Shown in pieces: positions 44,901 to 59,429 of a stretch of 64,000 nucleotides of DNA. A model generated the notes under the pieces. It was not told where the DNA came from. It did not search any database and saw only the letters and a program-made list of their open reading frames with translations. Position 1 is the stretch's first letter. Every line of letters begins with the position of its first letter. Made by a program: the position numbers and the translations under genes. The stretch covers positions 1-64,000 of the forward strand of contig CAUYUJ010000110.1 of the NCBI GenBank assembly GCA_963575745.1, read 5' to 3'. This DNA is from Prorocentrum cordatum (lineage: Eukaryota).

Positions 44901-45101
44901 GAGGCTTACTCAAGGGAGGTTTGTCCACCGCCGAATCGATAACGATGCCAACGACAACGATAACGTTAACAACAATCGCAACGAGCACAACGATCACAAC
45001 AATCACAACGATGGACAACGATCGCAATGATGGGCACGACCACAACGACCACAACGATAACGACGATCACGCCCGCCGTGCCGCGCCGGCGCGCGCGCGG
45101 C

Positions 45102-45189
45102 CTGAGGCCGCCTCCGCCTCCCGGATGGCCCCGTCGGTGTCCCCCAGCCGGTGCAGGCAGTTCGCCAGGTTCAGGCGCGTGACCGCGAC
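45102..45189 (-). CDS. TPR gene exon (VAVTRLNLANCLHRLGDTDGAIREAEAAS+g)
   Basis: GAG|G acceptor and CAG|GC donor; 88 bp, phase 0-1; VA-T-LNLA motif. Confidence 0.88.
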
Positions 45190-47604
45190 CTCGCTCCACC
45201 GCCAGAACATGTCCCTCCTCCCTCCTCCCTCCTCCCTCCTCCCTCCACTTCCTCCTCTTCCTCCTCCTCCTCCTCCTCCTCCTCCTCCTCCTCCTCCTCC
45301 TCCTCCTCCTCCTCCTCCCTTATGTCCATATCTGCTTCTGCGGGGTCGTGGCCTGAGATCTCAAGGAGTGGTGGACCTGGATACCTGCGCGCCCGCGTGG
45401 GATCCAAATGAAGTGCTCCCCGAGACCTCAGGGCACGATCCCGCGGCAACTGATACGGACCAGTTCTGGCGGCGCACTCGCGGGGCGAAGTGCGCCCCGA
45501 ACCCAGAGACCCGAGGACACGACCTCTTCAGTCCGGCGATTCGTCATGGATTGGGTCTCCGGCGGCCGTTCTCGGGCCCGGGGACCGTCAGAAATGGATC
45601 CGGGACGGAAAACCACTCCCGGGAAAGAAGGGGTCGGGGCCTCTGGGGCCGCGGCTTGCGAAGATCATACCGGCGCGGACGTCTGGGCAGGACGAGGCCT
45701 CCCAGTCGGGGTGCCGCGGAGCATCGCGCCGCATCGCCATGCGCCGCATCGCCATGCGCCGCGGGGCCGGAGAGCATCGCGCCGCATCGCCACTGCAGCC
45801 GCAGTGCAGCGGCCACGGCGGGGTGGAGCGGAGCGGGCTCAGGATCGCGCCGCGTCGCCGCTGCATGCGCGAGGCGGCGTGGTCCTGCAGCCCGGGCTGC
45901 TCCCACCCCGCCTGGGAGGCCTGGACCTACGGCTCTCGTGCCTCCCGGCGGTCTCTATGGACATATCCACCCCGACGAAAGTGTCTATCGACGTCACGGC
46001 ACCCAATGTGTTCACAGACGCGCTTGGCTAGGACGTGAGAACGGTCAAAATATTTGGCGTCGGCCCCGGACGTTGGTCTCCTGGAAGCAGGTAGGCTCGG
46101 CCCTGCAAATGAGAGCCCACGGGAGCGGTCGGTGTGGGCACCTGCTTTTTCCGCCTGCCGGGACTGGTCAAAGCTGTCTTGGCGAGCAGCGTCAGGGGGG
46201 GGGCCGGCTCAGAGGGGAGGCCTCGGCCTGGAAGCGGCGGCACGTCGCCGATACAGTCGGGGCCCTGAAGAAGGAACCCTTCTCGTTGGGAAGGGGCTCC
46301 GCGTTCCTTAAGTGTTTCACAGCTTGCCTCAGGCTTTCCTTATGTTCTCGACCGGAAATCGAAGGTTCACTTATGGGAAAAAGGGGCCTCGTTCCTTATT
46401 TAGGGTTCCTCAGGTCAACGCCCCGACTGTAGATCGGCGAGAGGCCCTCCTATCAGACCACCGATCCGCAGTCCATGAGCGAGTGGGGGTCGAGGCGTGC
46501 CGCCCTGAGCCTATGCCCCCCTAGCGTTGCCCCTGATGTCTGTGCTCCTCCCCGAGATAGAGGGCAGGTTTCAACACATAGGGTTTTAAAATACATACGA
46601 TTTTAATGCATGACTCATTTATGAACAAACTAATGCATAAACTCATCCTTGCATTTACTCATCAACCCTTCATTCTTAATACATGGTCCGCACGCGGAGC
46701 ATGTTTTAAAACCGGCGCTGTACCCAGGCGCGATTGCGAGACAGTGGACGTGGATGCTGATGCAACCAGTTCACGTGCTACATCGAGAAGACACTGTGCC
46801 ACAGCATGGATCCCGACCATTCCGGCTGCTTCTTCGACACGACCCAAGACGACCAACGAGGGGCCCAAGAACGCCCCAAGAGGGCCTCAGAGGGACCCAG
46901 ATGACCCCAAGACACACCCCCAAACGGCCAAGGCGGCCCCGAGACGGCGCCCAAGACGGCCCCACTGGGAGAGCGACACGGCGGCCCAAGAGGGCGCCTG
47001 AAGAACACTGAACAGGCAAATAGGTCAACCAAACTCTGGTTATTTGATGCATGCTGGCCTCCCGCCTCTTGGGCTTCAGGCGACCCCACGAGGCCCGCCT
47101 GGGAGCCCACGAGAGCTCCAAAGGGCCCCCCGAAGGCGCCAAGAGGGCCCCCATGACAGCCCAAAACGCCCGCACGAACGCCCCAAGACTAACCGCAAGG
47201 GGCCCCCGGGTGGACCCCGAAGAGGGAACCAGGGGAAACCAAAAGGTACCGACGCCGCTGCAGTCAACCCAAATCATAAGGATGCGCGGCTAGGATGCAA
47301 GGGCCTTGCAGGCACATGTGAACGTTTATCGATCGAGGTTGGCCAGCGCCAGCGCAAGTCGCTAATGATAGGCCGAATAAGGGCAAGGATAGAAAGGGTA
47401 CCCTCAGACAGGTTGCCCATCCTTAGTATGCGGGCTGACTCTGCGCGTTTTCTAAGGGTGGAGGGCTCAGGGCTTCTTGCACCTCGAAAACAAGTGGCAC
47501 GCGTGCCCTGGCTCTTGCACCAAGGAACCGCGAGAGACAGGAGGCTTTCGCCTCCTTCCTCCAGTTTACTTTTGTGGCCGTAGGGGGGAGGACGATCGAC
47601 GAAC

Positions 47605-49008
47605 GAACGACGACGACGAACGAAAATAAAGAGCTCCGAGCTCTAGAACACAGCTGCGCAAGATAATAAAGGGTCCAGGGCGAGAGGGACTGGGGCCAGC
47701 GCCGGGGGGGGGAGGCTGGGTCCAGGGAGGGAGGCAGGGTCCAGGGCCAGGACCAGAGGGACGACGACAAACGAAAAAAAGGGTCCAGGGCGAGGGGGAC
47801 TGGGGCCAGGGCCGGGGGGGGGGGAGGCTGGGTCCAGGACCAGGGCCAGCGGGGCGAGGGGGGCTGAGGCCAGGACGAGGTGGGGAGGTTGGGTCCAGGG
47901 TCAGGACCGGACCAGGGGCGACGACGAACGAACAAAAAGGGTCCAGGGCGAGGGGGACTGGGGCCAGGGCCGGGGGGGGGAGGCTGGGTCCCGGGCCAGG
48001 GCCAGCGGGGCGAGGGGGGCTGGGGCCAGGACCAGGTGGGGAGGTTGGGTCTATGGCCAGGACCGGACCAGGCACGACGACGAACGAAAATAACGGGTCC
48101 AGGGCGAGGGGGACTGGAGCCTGACTGTGGCCAGGGCCGGGGGGGGAGGGGCCGGGTCCGGGTCCAAGGGGGCCGGGGCCAGGGCCAGGGGAGGAGGCAG
48201 GGTCCATGGCCAGGACCAGAGGGACGACGACGAGCGAAAATAGGGTCCAGGGCGAGGAGGACTGGGCCAGGGCCAGGGGGGGAGGGAGGCTGGGTCCAGG
48301 GCCAGGGCCAGCGGGGAGAGGGGGGCTCCATGGGGCCAGGACCAAGTGGGGAGGTTGGGTCCAGGGCCAGAGCCAGACCTGGGACGAAGAAAGAAAATAA
48401 AGGGTCCAGCAAGGGGGGAAGTTGGGTCCAGGGCCAGGGCTGGACCAGGGGCCAGGGACGACGAGCGAAAATAAAGGGTTGCCGGGGGGGAGGGGAGCTG
48501 GGGCCAGGGCCGGGGGGGGAGGCTGGGTCCAGGGCCAGGGTCAGCGGGGCGACGGGGGCTGGGGCCAGGACCAGGGCGGGAGGTTGGGTCCAGGGCCGGG
48601 ACAAGAGGGACGACGACAACCGAAAAAAAGGGTCCAGGGCGAGGGGGACTGGGGACAGGGCCGGCGGGGGGGAGGCTGGGTCCAGGCCCTGGGCCAGCGG
48701 GGCGAGGGGAGCTGGGGCCAGGACCAGGGGGGAGGTTGGGTCCAGGGCCCGGACCGGACCAGGGACGACGACGAGCGAAAATAAAGGGTCCAGGGCGAGA
48801 AGGGTCCAGGGCGAGGGGGACTGGGGCCAGGGCCGGGGGGGGGGAGGCTGGGTCCAGAGCCAGGGCCAGCGGGGCGAGGGGGGCTGGGGCCAGGACCAGG
48901 GCGGGAGGTTGGGTCCAGGGCCGGACCGGACCAGGGGCCGGGGACGACGACGAACGAACGAAAATAAAGAGGTCCGAGCTCTAGAGCACAGCTGTGCAAG
49001 AGAATAAA
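47605..49008 (+). repeat. G-rich complex tandem array (gggtccagggcc/ggggccagg subunits, ~150-bp blocks) bracketed by ~60-bp direct repeats
   Basis: aacgaaaataaagag.tccgagctctaga.cacagctg.gcaaga.aataaa at ~47619-47670 and ~48957-49008. Confidence 0.9.
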
Positions 49009-50408
49009 TCCGTCTTGGGGTTCTCCTTCGGCATATTCAAGCCTCGAAAATCCATCGAAACGGCATTTCAGATTTCACCCTTTGCCCTCCACCCAAAGAA
49101 AATGCTCGGTGACTGCACTCCGCGGACCTCTCCCGGGGTGCGTTCTGGCCAGGAGCTCGAGGCGAATCCAGCGGTGGCGACGAGGGCGTCCGAGGCAGCT
49201 CCCCCCCCCCCAAAAAAAAGCGAACACGGGGTACCTCGGCACCTGGCGGCGAGGGGGCGCCCGAGGAAGCCCCAGAAAGGCGAAAACGGGATCTTGGTAC
49301 TTCCTCCTCCGAGAACCAGGACGGCCCAAGATCGGCGGTGGACCAACCTCCCTTTGGCAAACTTCCAATGAGTGAAAACGACCTACAGTGAAAACGTATA
49401 GTAAGGACGCGTGGCAAGGACGCGAGACCCTTGGAGGCCGAAGTTGAGGTATTCTGGCCTGCGAAAACTGCTAGGGAGGGGCCGCAGAGGCCGAGGCAGG
49501 CAAGGACCAAAGGCTACCCTTGAAAAAGCCGTTTGTCCTTACTATGCGCGTTGACTGTAGGACCGAGCCCGACGGACCCAGACCCGCGGCGCCCCCTCGC
49601 GAACCGAAAACGGCCACTTCACTACTCGACGTGTCGGGGTAAGAGGCCTGTCAACCTCTGACGAAAGGGGCTTTAACAGGCAGCGCGAGGCGACAGGAGG
49701 AGGAGGAGGAGGAGGAGGAGGAGGAGATTGCTGAGGAGGAGGAGGAGGAGGAGGAGGAGGAGGGGGAGGAGGAGGAGGAGGAGGAGGAGGAGGAGGAGGA
49801 GGAGGAGGAGGAGCTCGGAGCAGCAAGAAGAGGAGGAGGAGGAGAAGGAGGAGGAGGAGCGTCTCCGGACGCGACCAGGGAGGCTCAACAGGCCGCGCGA
49901 GGCAGGCGCGAGACGGCACGGCGACGGTCGGGGCAGCAACACGTGTGTGTGCGTGCACGCTGGTCGCTGAAAGCAGGTGTTCTTGGGCTCCCAGATCCCA
50001 ATCTACGTTAGGCGCCTTCCTACTTCAGTGATCGAGTGGTTGCCCCTCTTCCCTCGTCTTCACGGTCGGGCGAAAGCCCAATCTAGTTCCAGCACCTCCT
50101 ACTTCATGGTTCTACCCACTTCTTCCGACCAACTGGTGCAAATATACATATGTGTATATACATATATATAGACGTTTGCACTTACGTATATGTATATGTA
50201 CAGAAATATGCATACAAACATACAAGCAAATACGTCAATGCACATGAATAAATGTACAAACAGATCTCAGAACAAGGGCGCCGAGCGATCTTGCACCGAC
50301 CATGGGTGCGTGGCTGAGGTGGGGGTCCCCGGTGCGGATTCTCCTTCCCTGGGCTCCTCGATGCCCCGCGCGCCTTTACTGACCCATCCAACAACCGGGG
50401 GCGCGCGC

Positions 50409-50509
50409 CTCCACGTGATCTTTGCCAAAGTGGAGCTCCTTTATGTGAAGCGCCTTCCGCAGGTGCTTCAAGCTCGTCTCCGCCTGCCCCAGGTCGCTGT
50501 ACGCAGCTC
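50409..50509 (-). CDS. TPR gene exon (GAAYSDLGQAETSLKHLRKALHIKELHFGKDHVE)
   Basis: GAG|G acceptor and GAG|GC donor; 101 bp, phase 1-0; strong KLC-type TPR consensus. Confidence 0.92.
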
Positions 50510-50994
50510 CTCACGTGCGGGAAGCGGAAACGGGATCTTAGGGAAAGATGGAAGGAAGGAAGCAAACGTGGAAGCAGATAAACAACTACTACAAGAGAGG
50601 TTGCTTGCAGCGGAAGAGACAGCAAGTGAAAGATATCGGCATGAGTCCGTTCCTCCTCCTCATCCTCCTCCAGCCCACCCTCCTCGTCCTCCTAGACCTT
50701 CTCCCTTCCTACACCTCCTACTTCTCCCCCTCCTCATTCCCCAGATCCTCTTCCTCCTCCTCCTCCTCCTTCTCCTCCTCCCCCTCCTCCCCCCTCCACC
50801 CTAGCCCTCCTCCCTCATTCGTCTGCCAAAACCAACACCCGTCCGCTGTGCAGGTCCATGGCCCACTGCTCAGGCGACAACAGCCTCAACGATAGCTTTG
50901 GATGTAGGAAACGCATGCACGTAATGCAGTGTGCATCCTGATCGTGGTCCCTCCTCCTGCCCCTCCTTCTCCTCCACCGCCCACGTCATCATCG

Positions 50995-51070
<76 letters not shown>

Positions 51071-51098
51071 TCATCATGATCGCCATCGTCATCATCAT

Positions 51099-51335
<237 letters not shown>

Positions 51336-52084
51336 TATCATCAGCATCGTCATCATCAGCAGCAGCAGCATCAGCATCAGCATCAGCATCAGCATCAGCA
51401 GCATCATCATCACCACCACCACCATCATCATCACAATCAGCATCGGCAGCAGCATCATAATCGTCACCAGCAGCAGCATCATCAGCAGCAGCATAACATG
51501 CATCATCCGAATCTTAGAAGCATTCACCCGCATCCACATCATGTCGTTAGACTCACCAATGTATTCCTACTCATAACCACCAGCATCATCATCAGCAGCA
51601 GCATAAGCATCAGCATCAGCATCAGCATTAAAACGACCAGCAACACCATCAGCACCATTATCATCAGCAGCGCAAGTATCAACCTCATATGCATTATCAG
51701 AGTCATCAGCATCATCAGCATCATCAGCATCCTCAGCATCAGCAGCAGCATCGTGATCATCATCAACAACATCATCAGAGTCCATCATCATCAGCAGCAG
51801 CAGCATCAGCAGCAGCATCGCATCCTCATCCGCACCGTCATCCTCATCCTCATCACCATCCCTAGTTGGCATCGTTCTCCAACCCTTCCTATTCCTGGTC
51901 AGCCTGCTCCTCCTCTTCGTGCGTCATACCACCCTTCCGCTGTTCCAGCAACGCGGATAACGTACGTCAATACTCGAAGGCTTGCCAGAGTCAAGTTACA
52001 CCTTCCCATCTATTCTCCGTCCAGGTGCAAGCATGGCAACAGCAATGTGCAATGAAATCTTCGAAAGCAAGCTGCGACGCACTC

Positions 52085-52121
52085 CTAGGTTGGCGAGAAT
52101 GATGGCGACGTTCACGTGGTC
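52085..52121 (-). CDS. TPR gene exon (DHVNVAIILANL+g)
   Basis: AAG|G acceptor and TAG|GA donor; 37 bp, phase 0-1; DH-xVA-IL-NLG motif. Confidence 0.88.
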
Positions 52122-53689
52122 CTTGTCAGAACTCCCTTCTATGACGAACTACGACCGCAACTACAACCGCGAGCCATGACGCGCAGCTTGCGGCTCCAGA
52201 TGCACACTCACGCGAGTGCTCATGTCAACGAAGGAGCCACCTGGTGGCTCTCGCAAACCGGCCCTCCGAAGCTCCTCCAAAGCGATCACTTCGAAGACTG
52301 CGACGCGACGTGCATCGCCGCAGAGAGGGCGGCAGCCCTGCGCACGAAGCGTCGACTGCGGGGGACCAGTGCTGAGAACCTCTGGGCGAAGAGATGGGCC
52401 GAGCAGCTCGGCCTGGCACCGTTCGGCGCGCCAGCTGACACGCTCCCCGGCACGTCCCCGGGCGCGTCCCCTGGCACGTCGCCTGACGCGGCCCACGGCC
52501 CGTCTGCGGCACCTCCACCCGCACGTCCCCTCCCTCGTCCCCGGAGCGTCTCGGGGCGCGGCCCCCGACGGGTCCCGCGGCACGCTCCCTGGCGCGCCGC
52601 GCGCTGTGTGTCCCGCGGCGCGTCCCTTGGCCCGCCCCCTTGGCACATCCCCTGGTGCGTCCCTCGCGAGTCCATGGCACGTCCCCAGAGCACGTCCCCT
52701 GGCACGTTCCCTGGCGCATCCCCCCGCGCGACCCCCTCGTCTCCTCGGACTGCCTCGTTCTCAGACTCACTCATACTCAGACTCACTCACGGTGAGACTC
52801 AGGCATATACTCACTATGACTCCATGTCGTTCATGCTCAGGCTCGCTCATACTCAGACTCACTCATGTTCAAACTAAGCAGAGTCCGTCACTCATACTCG
52901 GACTGGCTCGTACTCAGCTTAGCTCATGCAAAGATACACGCAGGCTATGTAGCCCCCCCAAGGGGATGTCGACCAGGTGCGATCCACGGGCCCGTTCGCG
53001 CCCGCCCTGCCGTGACCGTCGGGCAGATCACACGTTTGGGGTAGTCGCCGTGTCTCGTTCCTGAGCCCCCGAATCGCCGCGAGGTAGCAGTCATGGCACT
53101 GAGGCCTCCCAGTCTGGTGTCGACCAGGGGTGCTCGGGAACGTCGAACCCAAACGCACTTGACTCGCACGGACTTCGCTCCCACGCACCTGCCTCGCACG
53201 CACTCCACTCGCACGCACTCCACTCGCACGCCTCTCCGCTCGCACGCACTTGACTCGCACTTCGCTGGCACGCACGTCACCTGCACCTGCTCGACATCGC
53301 ACGCCAAGTGCTTATGTCTCAGGCCTTTGTGGTCCGCCGCGCGCAGGCCAAAGTCCTTGCGAGATCGATCGAGTCTGGAAAAGCCAGCCCAGGCGAACGG
53401 AGCTCCGTGCGAGCGCATCCCAGTGCGAGAGCAGCTCCATACGAATCCCATCTGTGCGAGCTCAGCCCCGTGCGAGCGAAGTCCGTGGAAGCCGGCGCGT
53501 TAGAGGGCAGCTGCTAAAACGGCGGGATACTTCCGAATGTCACCCGCCCTCTCGGCATAGATTGTAACGAGAACGTTGCTTCTTTCCTCTTCCATAACCT
53601 CTCTTCCCTTCAAGGAGGGGTACCTTCCCCCTCCCCTCCATTGGGTTTTTGGGGGAGTGTCACGAGGTGTCAGAGTCTTCCGTCGCCCA

Positions 53690-54290
53690 AGATGGCTCGA
53701 AGAGGGCCTCCGATGCTCCACGATAGCTCAAGAGAGCCGAAAATGGCTCAAGATGGCTCCCAACATGCTCCAAAAGGCCCCAAAAAATGCTCCAAGGCGG
53801 CTCCAAGTGTTCTCGAAACCCCCCAAGACACCCCCAAGAGACCAAAATCCGTCAATAAGCTAAGGAACAGATTTGTTTTGTGCCTTCTCGCCTTTTCGCT
53901 TCCGGTGCGCGTTAAGACCTGAAGATGGTCCCAAGATGGCCCAAGAGAGCCCCGAGAGGGGCCCAAGAGGGGCCCAAAAGGCCCCTCAGACGGCCCCCAG
54001 AGCGCCCAAGAGCGCCTGAAGTGCCCCAAGAGACGGTTTTGAGGACTCCTCAGAGGGGCCTAGATTTAGGACCCCCACTTGTGATCGATCGCATCCAAGA
54101 GGGCCCCAAGAGGCCCTCCAGGGCTGCCAGAGGCCCTCAAGAGGGCTCCAAGAGTGCCCCAAGACCCCTCAGAAGAGCCCCAAGAGGACCCCGATTCCCC
54201 CCGAAAGAGCCCCAAGAGGGCCCCAAGAGGGCCCCAAGAGCCAAGAGGACCCCAAGAGGGCCTTAAGAAGACCACAAGATGGCTGCCAGA
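53690..54290 (+). repeat. Degenerate ggccccaaga-rich dispersed repeat; also at 1290-1710, 11830-11965, 27545-27720 and 46840-47240
   Basis: Recurrent ~11-bp gagggccccaa/ccaagacggc units, always on the + strand here. Confidence 0.75.
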
Positions 54291-56067
54291 GTCCTCGCCC
54301 TTATCCTCCTTCTCCTCCTCCTCCTCCTCCTCCTCCTCCTCCTCCTCCTCGAGGTCGTCCTCGCCCTCCTCGTCCTCCTCGTCCTCGTCCTCTCTCTCCT
54401 TCTCGTCATCCTGTTCGTTCACGTCATCCTCCTCGTCCTGGTCTTCGTCCTTCTCCTCGTCCTTGTCGTCGTCGTCCTCCTCGCCTTGCCCGCTTCGTTT
54501 CATTAGATGTGTCGCTTCCTCCCGTTGCCCGTCGTCAGCTCGGAATGGGCAACATTTGGCTTCCTGCCGCTCCTCCTGGTCTTCGGCCCCCCACCCTCTG
54601 CAGTCTTCCCTGGGTTCTTCTCTGCTTCTCCTGCCCTTTCCTCCCTCCCTCCCTCCCTCATCCTGTTCCTCGCCCCTCATCAGCAAAGAAAAAGCGGGAT
54701 CCCACGGGAGGCGGAGGAGGAGGAAGAGGAGCGGGAGAAGTAGGGGGAGGAGAAGAGAGGAGAGGGGGACCGAGAGGGAGGAGGACAGGGACCAAAAAGG
54801 CACAAGGGAGGAGGCAGAGGATACGGCTGGAGGGAAAGTCCCCCTTGCGCAGAGAATCCTGCGCGAGGCGCGCCAGCCCCTCAAGGGACGCAATGCCCGT
54901 GCAAGAGTTCACACTGGAGGCTCGGGGCCAGATACACCAAGTGGCATGAAGCAAGGCAGCCACCCCGAGGTTCCAGAAGACCCGACACACATCGCCCGGG
55001 GAGACGGAAGACTCGGGTACGGGGGACTCGGGTTGGCATGGCGGGGCCATCATGAAAATGACGAGACCCAATCTGAAAGTTGACGCGAGCTCCCGCTGCA
55101 CACATCCCACGAAAACTGGACCGTCAAAATCCAAGACGCGCCTCGTCAACAAGCGTCGGCAAATCCGAGTTCCAGCTTACTCGAGTCTTGCGCTTCCCCG
55201 ATTCGTCTCGCCCCTCCCTCCTGGAGCCCCTCTCGCCCTCCTACTCCTCTCGGCCTGGGCGCTCCTCCTCTCCGCACGGGCCAGCTGCTTCCCTCCTTCT
55301 CCCAGAGATATCCGACGTGGTGATTTATGAATTGTCCACAGCGTGGCTCCACAGAGGTATGCGAACGTGTTCTGATTCAGCGTTTCGACATTGGGCGGAA
55401 GAGGGGGGGGTCTGGCTCCGGACCTCTGCTTCATGCGACTGCTTGCAGCAGTGAGTCTTATTGGGGAGGCTCCACCTACTCGAACCAGGCGCCAAAAACA
55501 GCCAAGACCTACTCCATGGGGGGGGGAGGGGGGGGGGCGATGGCCCGCGCCGATCGGCAACAAACAATGCATAAGAAAACTACCACCAGGGACTGGCGGT
55601 CTCATCCTGCGTCGTTTTTGACGGCCCTGATGCCCAGGGGTGCCCCCCGGAAGTCGAGAACTGCCAGAAAACTGTCCGTCGTGTTCTTGTTCACGCCGAG
55701 GAGTTCGGGTCCCTCCTGGTAAGGCTTCGGGCTGCGCAAAGGCAGCCCCCCCAGGTAACCCCGGCTGGCCTCAACAGGCCCCCCAGGTAGTTATCCACGT
55801 CTGGCCTCAACAAGCCCCCTGAGATGCCCGGGGCGGTCTCAACACCTCAACGCCCCAGGGGCGCCGCTGGAGATGGCGCCAGGGTGTTGATACCACCCTG
55901 GATCACTCGGAGGGCCCGTTGAGGCCAGCTGTGACTACCTGGGGGGCCTGTTGAGGCGAGCCGGGACTACCTGGGGCTGTCTGTGCGCAAACTGAAGCCT
56001 TTTCCGGAGGTCGCGGCTCTTCCGCGCCCCCCATCAGGATACCGCGCGCCACCATGCGCTCGCGGTC

Positions 56068-56100
56068 CTCGCCGCACTCGGCCCTCATGATTCGCAGCGC
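56068..56100 (-). CDS. TPR gene exon (ALRIMRAECGE)
   Basis: CAG|G acceptor and GAG|GA donor; 33 bp; fits the TPR register. Confidence 0.85.
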
Positions 56101-57043
56101 CTGGAGAGCGCGGGGGGCTGGCTTCAATCCTCCTGCCCCTCCTCCCCATCCTCCTCATCATCATTTGCAGACCCCCTGCTGCCCTCCTCCTCCTCCTCCT
56201 CCTCCACCTCCTCCTCCTCCTCCTCCTCCTCCTCCTCCTCCTCCTCCTCCTCCTCCTCCTCCTCGTCCTCGTCCTCGTCCTTCGCCTCCTCCTCCTCCTC
56301 CTCGTCCTCCTCCTCCTCCGCCTTCTCCTCCTTCTCCTCCTGCCCGAGGTGCTCCTGGCCCAAGGCTGGCCCGAGCTCGTCGCGCCACTTAGGGGCCCCT
56401 GGAGTCCCCTGGGCCTCAAGAGGGGCGCCCCAAAGATTGCTTTTAAACTATATTTCGGGTACTGGGGCCCTGGGTAACAGTAACGCTTGCACCCGGTGGG
56501 GCCTCTTCGGAGCGGGGTTCGCTGCGATCGCCGTAGAACGCGCGCAAGCACCAGCATGTGGTGTGGGGTCCCCCCTCACGTACAATCGTTCCTGATACCT
56601 GGGGGGGCGGGGGCATCCCCCCGACATCGCGTTATTTTCACAACGCCGCACCCTGGAAGTCTGGGCCCCTTTCCAGGGACCGGTTTTTCACCCTGCGTCG
56701 CTTTCTGACGGTCCTGGGGCCCAGCGAGGGCCCCCGGAGGCCGAAAACAGCGAGAAACTCCCGTCGAGACTTCGTCACGACGCGCGGAGGTCTGGAGGTT
56801 TAGCCCGCGCTGCACGCCTATGGATAAACAAAACAGTCGCCCGGAGGCCAGCTGGGCCTCCCTGGAAAGGCCAGGGCCGCCGTGGGCCTGGGGCCGCTCC
56901 AAAACCTCGGCCCCCCGCGAGGCCGGGCGCCCCCCACCAAGAACAAGGCTCGGTCGATCCAAGTATCATCATCACCAAGATGATTACTAAGATTATGCGT
57001 AGCATTAGTAGTATTACTATGAACAGCTTCATATTATTATGCT

Positions 57044-58330
<1,287 letters not shown>

Positions 58331-58852
58331 TTATCCGTCGTATCTTATTGGCATTAGGAATAGTGTCGTACTCGTCTTCTTCGTACTACTAGTGTTGGTA
58401 TGATTGTTGCTGGTAAAACTAATGAGAAGTAGTATCACTATTACTGTTCTGAGTAGTCTTACTATTATTAGTACTCTTCTTAGTATTAGTACTGTTATTC
58501 GTATTAATGGTATCGTTACTGTTGTTCGTATTTGTTATGTCGCATCCTCATGCTTATTGGTATTATCATTGACCCTCAGAAGTTTATCAATATTCGTACT
58601 GTTAGTACACTTCGTATTATTGATAATCCTACTAATACGCTGTCGTGCAAGCAAGCATCGGGCAATCGGATTATGCCGGGCCGAAATAAATCCTGGTCGA
58701 GGGGGAAGCGCATGGAATGGAGAGAGGGACTCGCCATCGCTCGGAGGTCCAATCCCCGTGCATTGTTCTATGTCGTGAGCTTATGCTTTCGTAAGATGAT
58801 CCAATATGCTGCTCGACGGACCTCGCCGAGAAAAACAAAAGAACAAAAGAAA

Positions 58853-58893
<41 letters not shown>

Positions 58894-59288
58894 GTCCGAG
58901 CGATGCCAAGGGGAGGTGGCGGGGTTCCAGATCTTGCGGCCATGCCGGCTGGTAGAGCGACGAGGGGCCCGGCCGACACAGCGTCAGAGAGCTGCGCACT
59001 GGCCCAGACATCTGGCTGCTCCAACTTTTTCGATGCGCGGGCCCCGGAGGTCTGGACCACTTCCCTGGGGACGGCGTTTCGTCCTGAGTCGTTTTTTGAC
59101 GATCCCGAGGCCCGGCGAGGGCCTCTGGAGGTCGAAAACTGCCAAAAACCGCCAGATCCAATTTTGTCGGAGCGTCGGATCTCTAGGGGCTCGGCCTTGC
59201 TGCACGCTCCAGGCCAAACCCCAGTCGAGGCACCAGCTGGGCAGCCCTCGCAACAACACCTCGGGTGGGGGCTGGGCGGTCGCGCCGC

Positions 59289-59369
59289 CTCCTCGAGGTA
59301 CTCCCGCTTCCGCCCCGGCTGCCCCAAGACGCCGAAGGCGTTCCCCAGGTTGGTGGAGAGCCTGGCGAC
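59289..59369 (-). CDS. TPR gene exon (VARLSTNLGNAFGVLGQPGRKREYLEE)
   Basis: CAG|G acceptor and GAG|GC donor; 81 bp; completes an exact 42-aa repeat with the previous exon. Confidence 0.9.
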
Positions 59370-59398
59370 CTGCGCGCCTCCTCCTCCTCCTCCTCCTC

Positions 59399-59429
<31 letters not shown>

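Noticed and set aside
47330..47360. LALALANL on the minus strand as a TPR exon
   Set aside because: It lies within a MITE shared with ~643-813, and the true next exon (45102-45189) already completes the repeat.
56053..56067. Extension of the 56.1-kb exon to the ATG|GT donor
   Set aside because: It would add DRERM and break the 42-aa register. The GA donor at 56067 joins exactly to DHVN.
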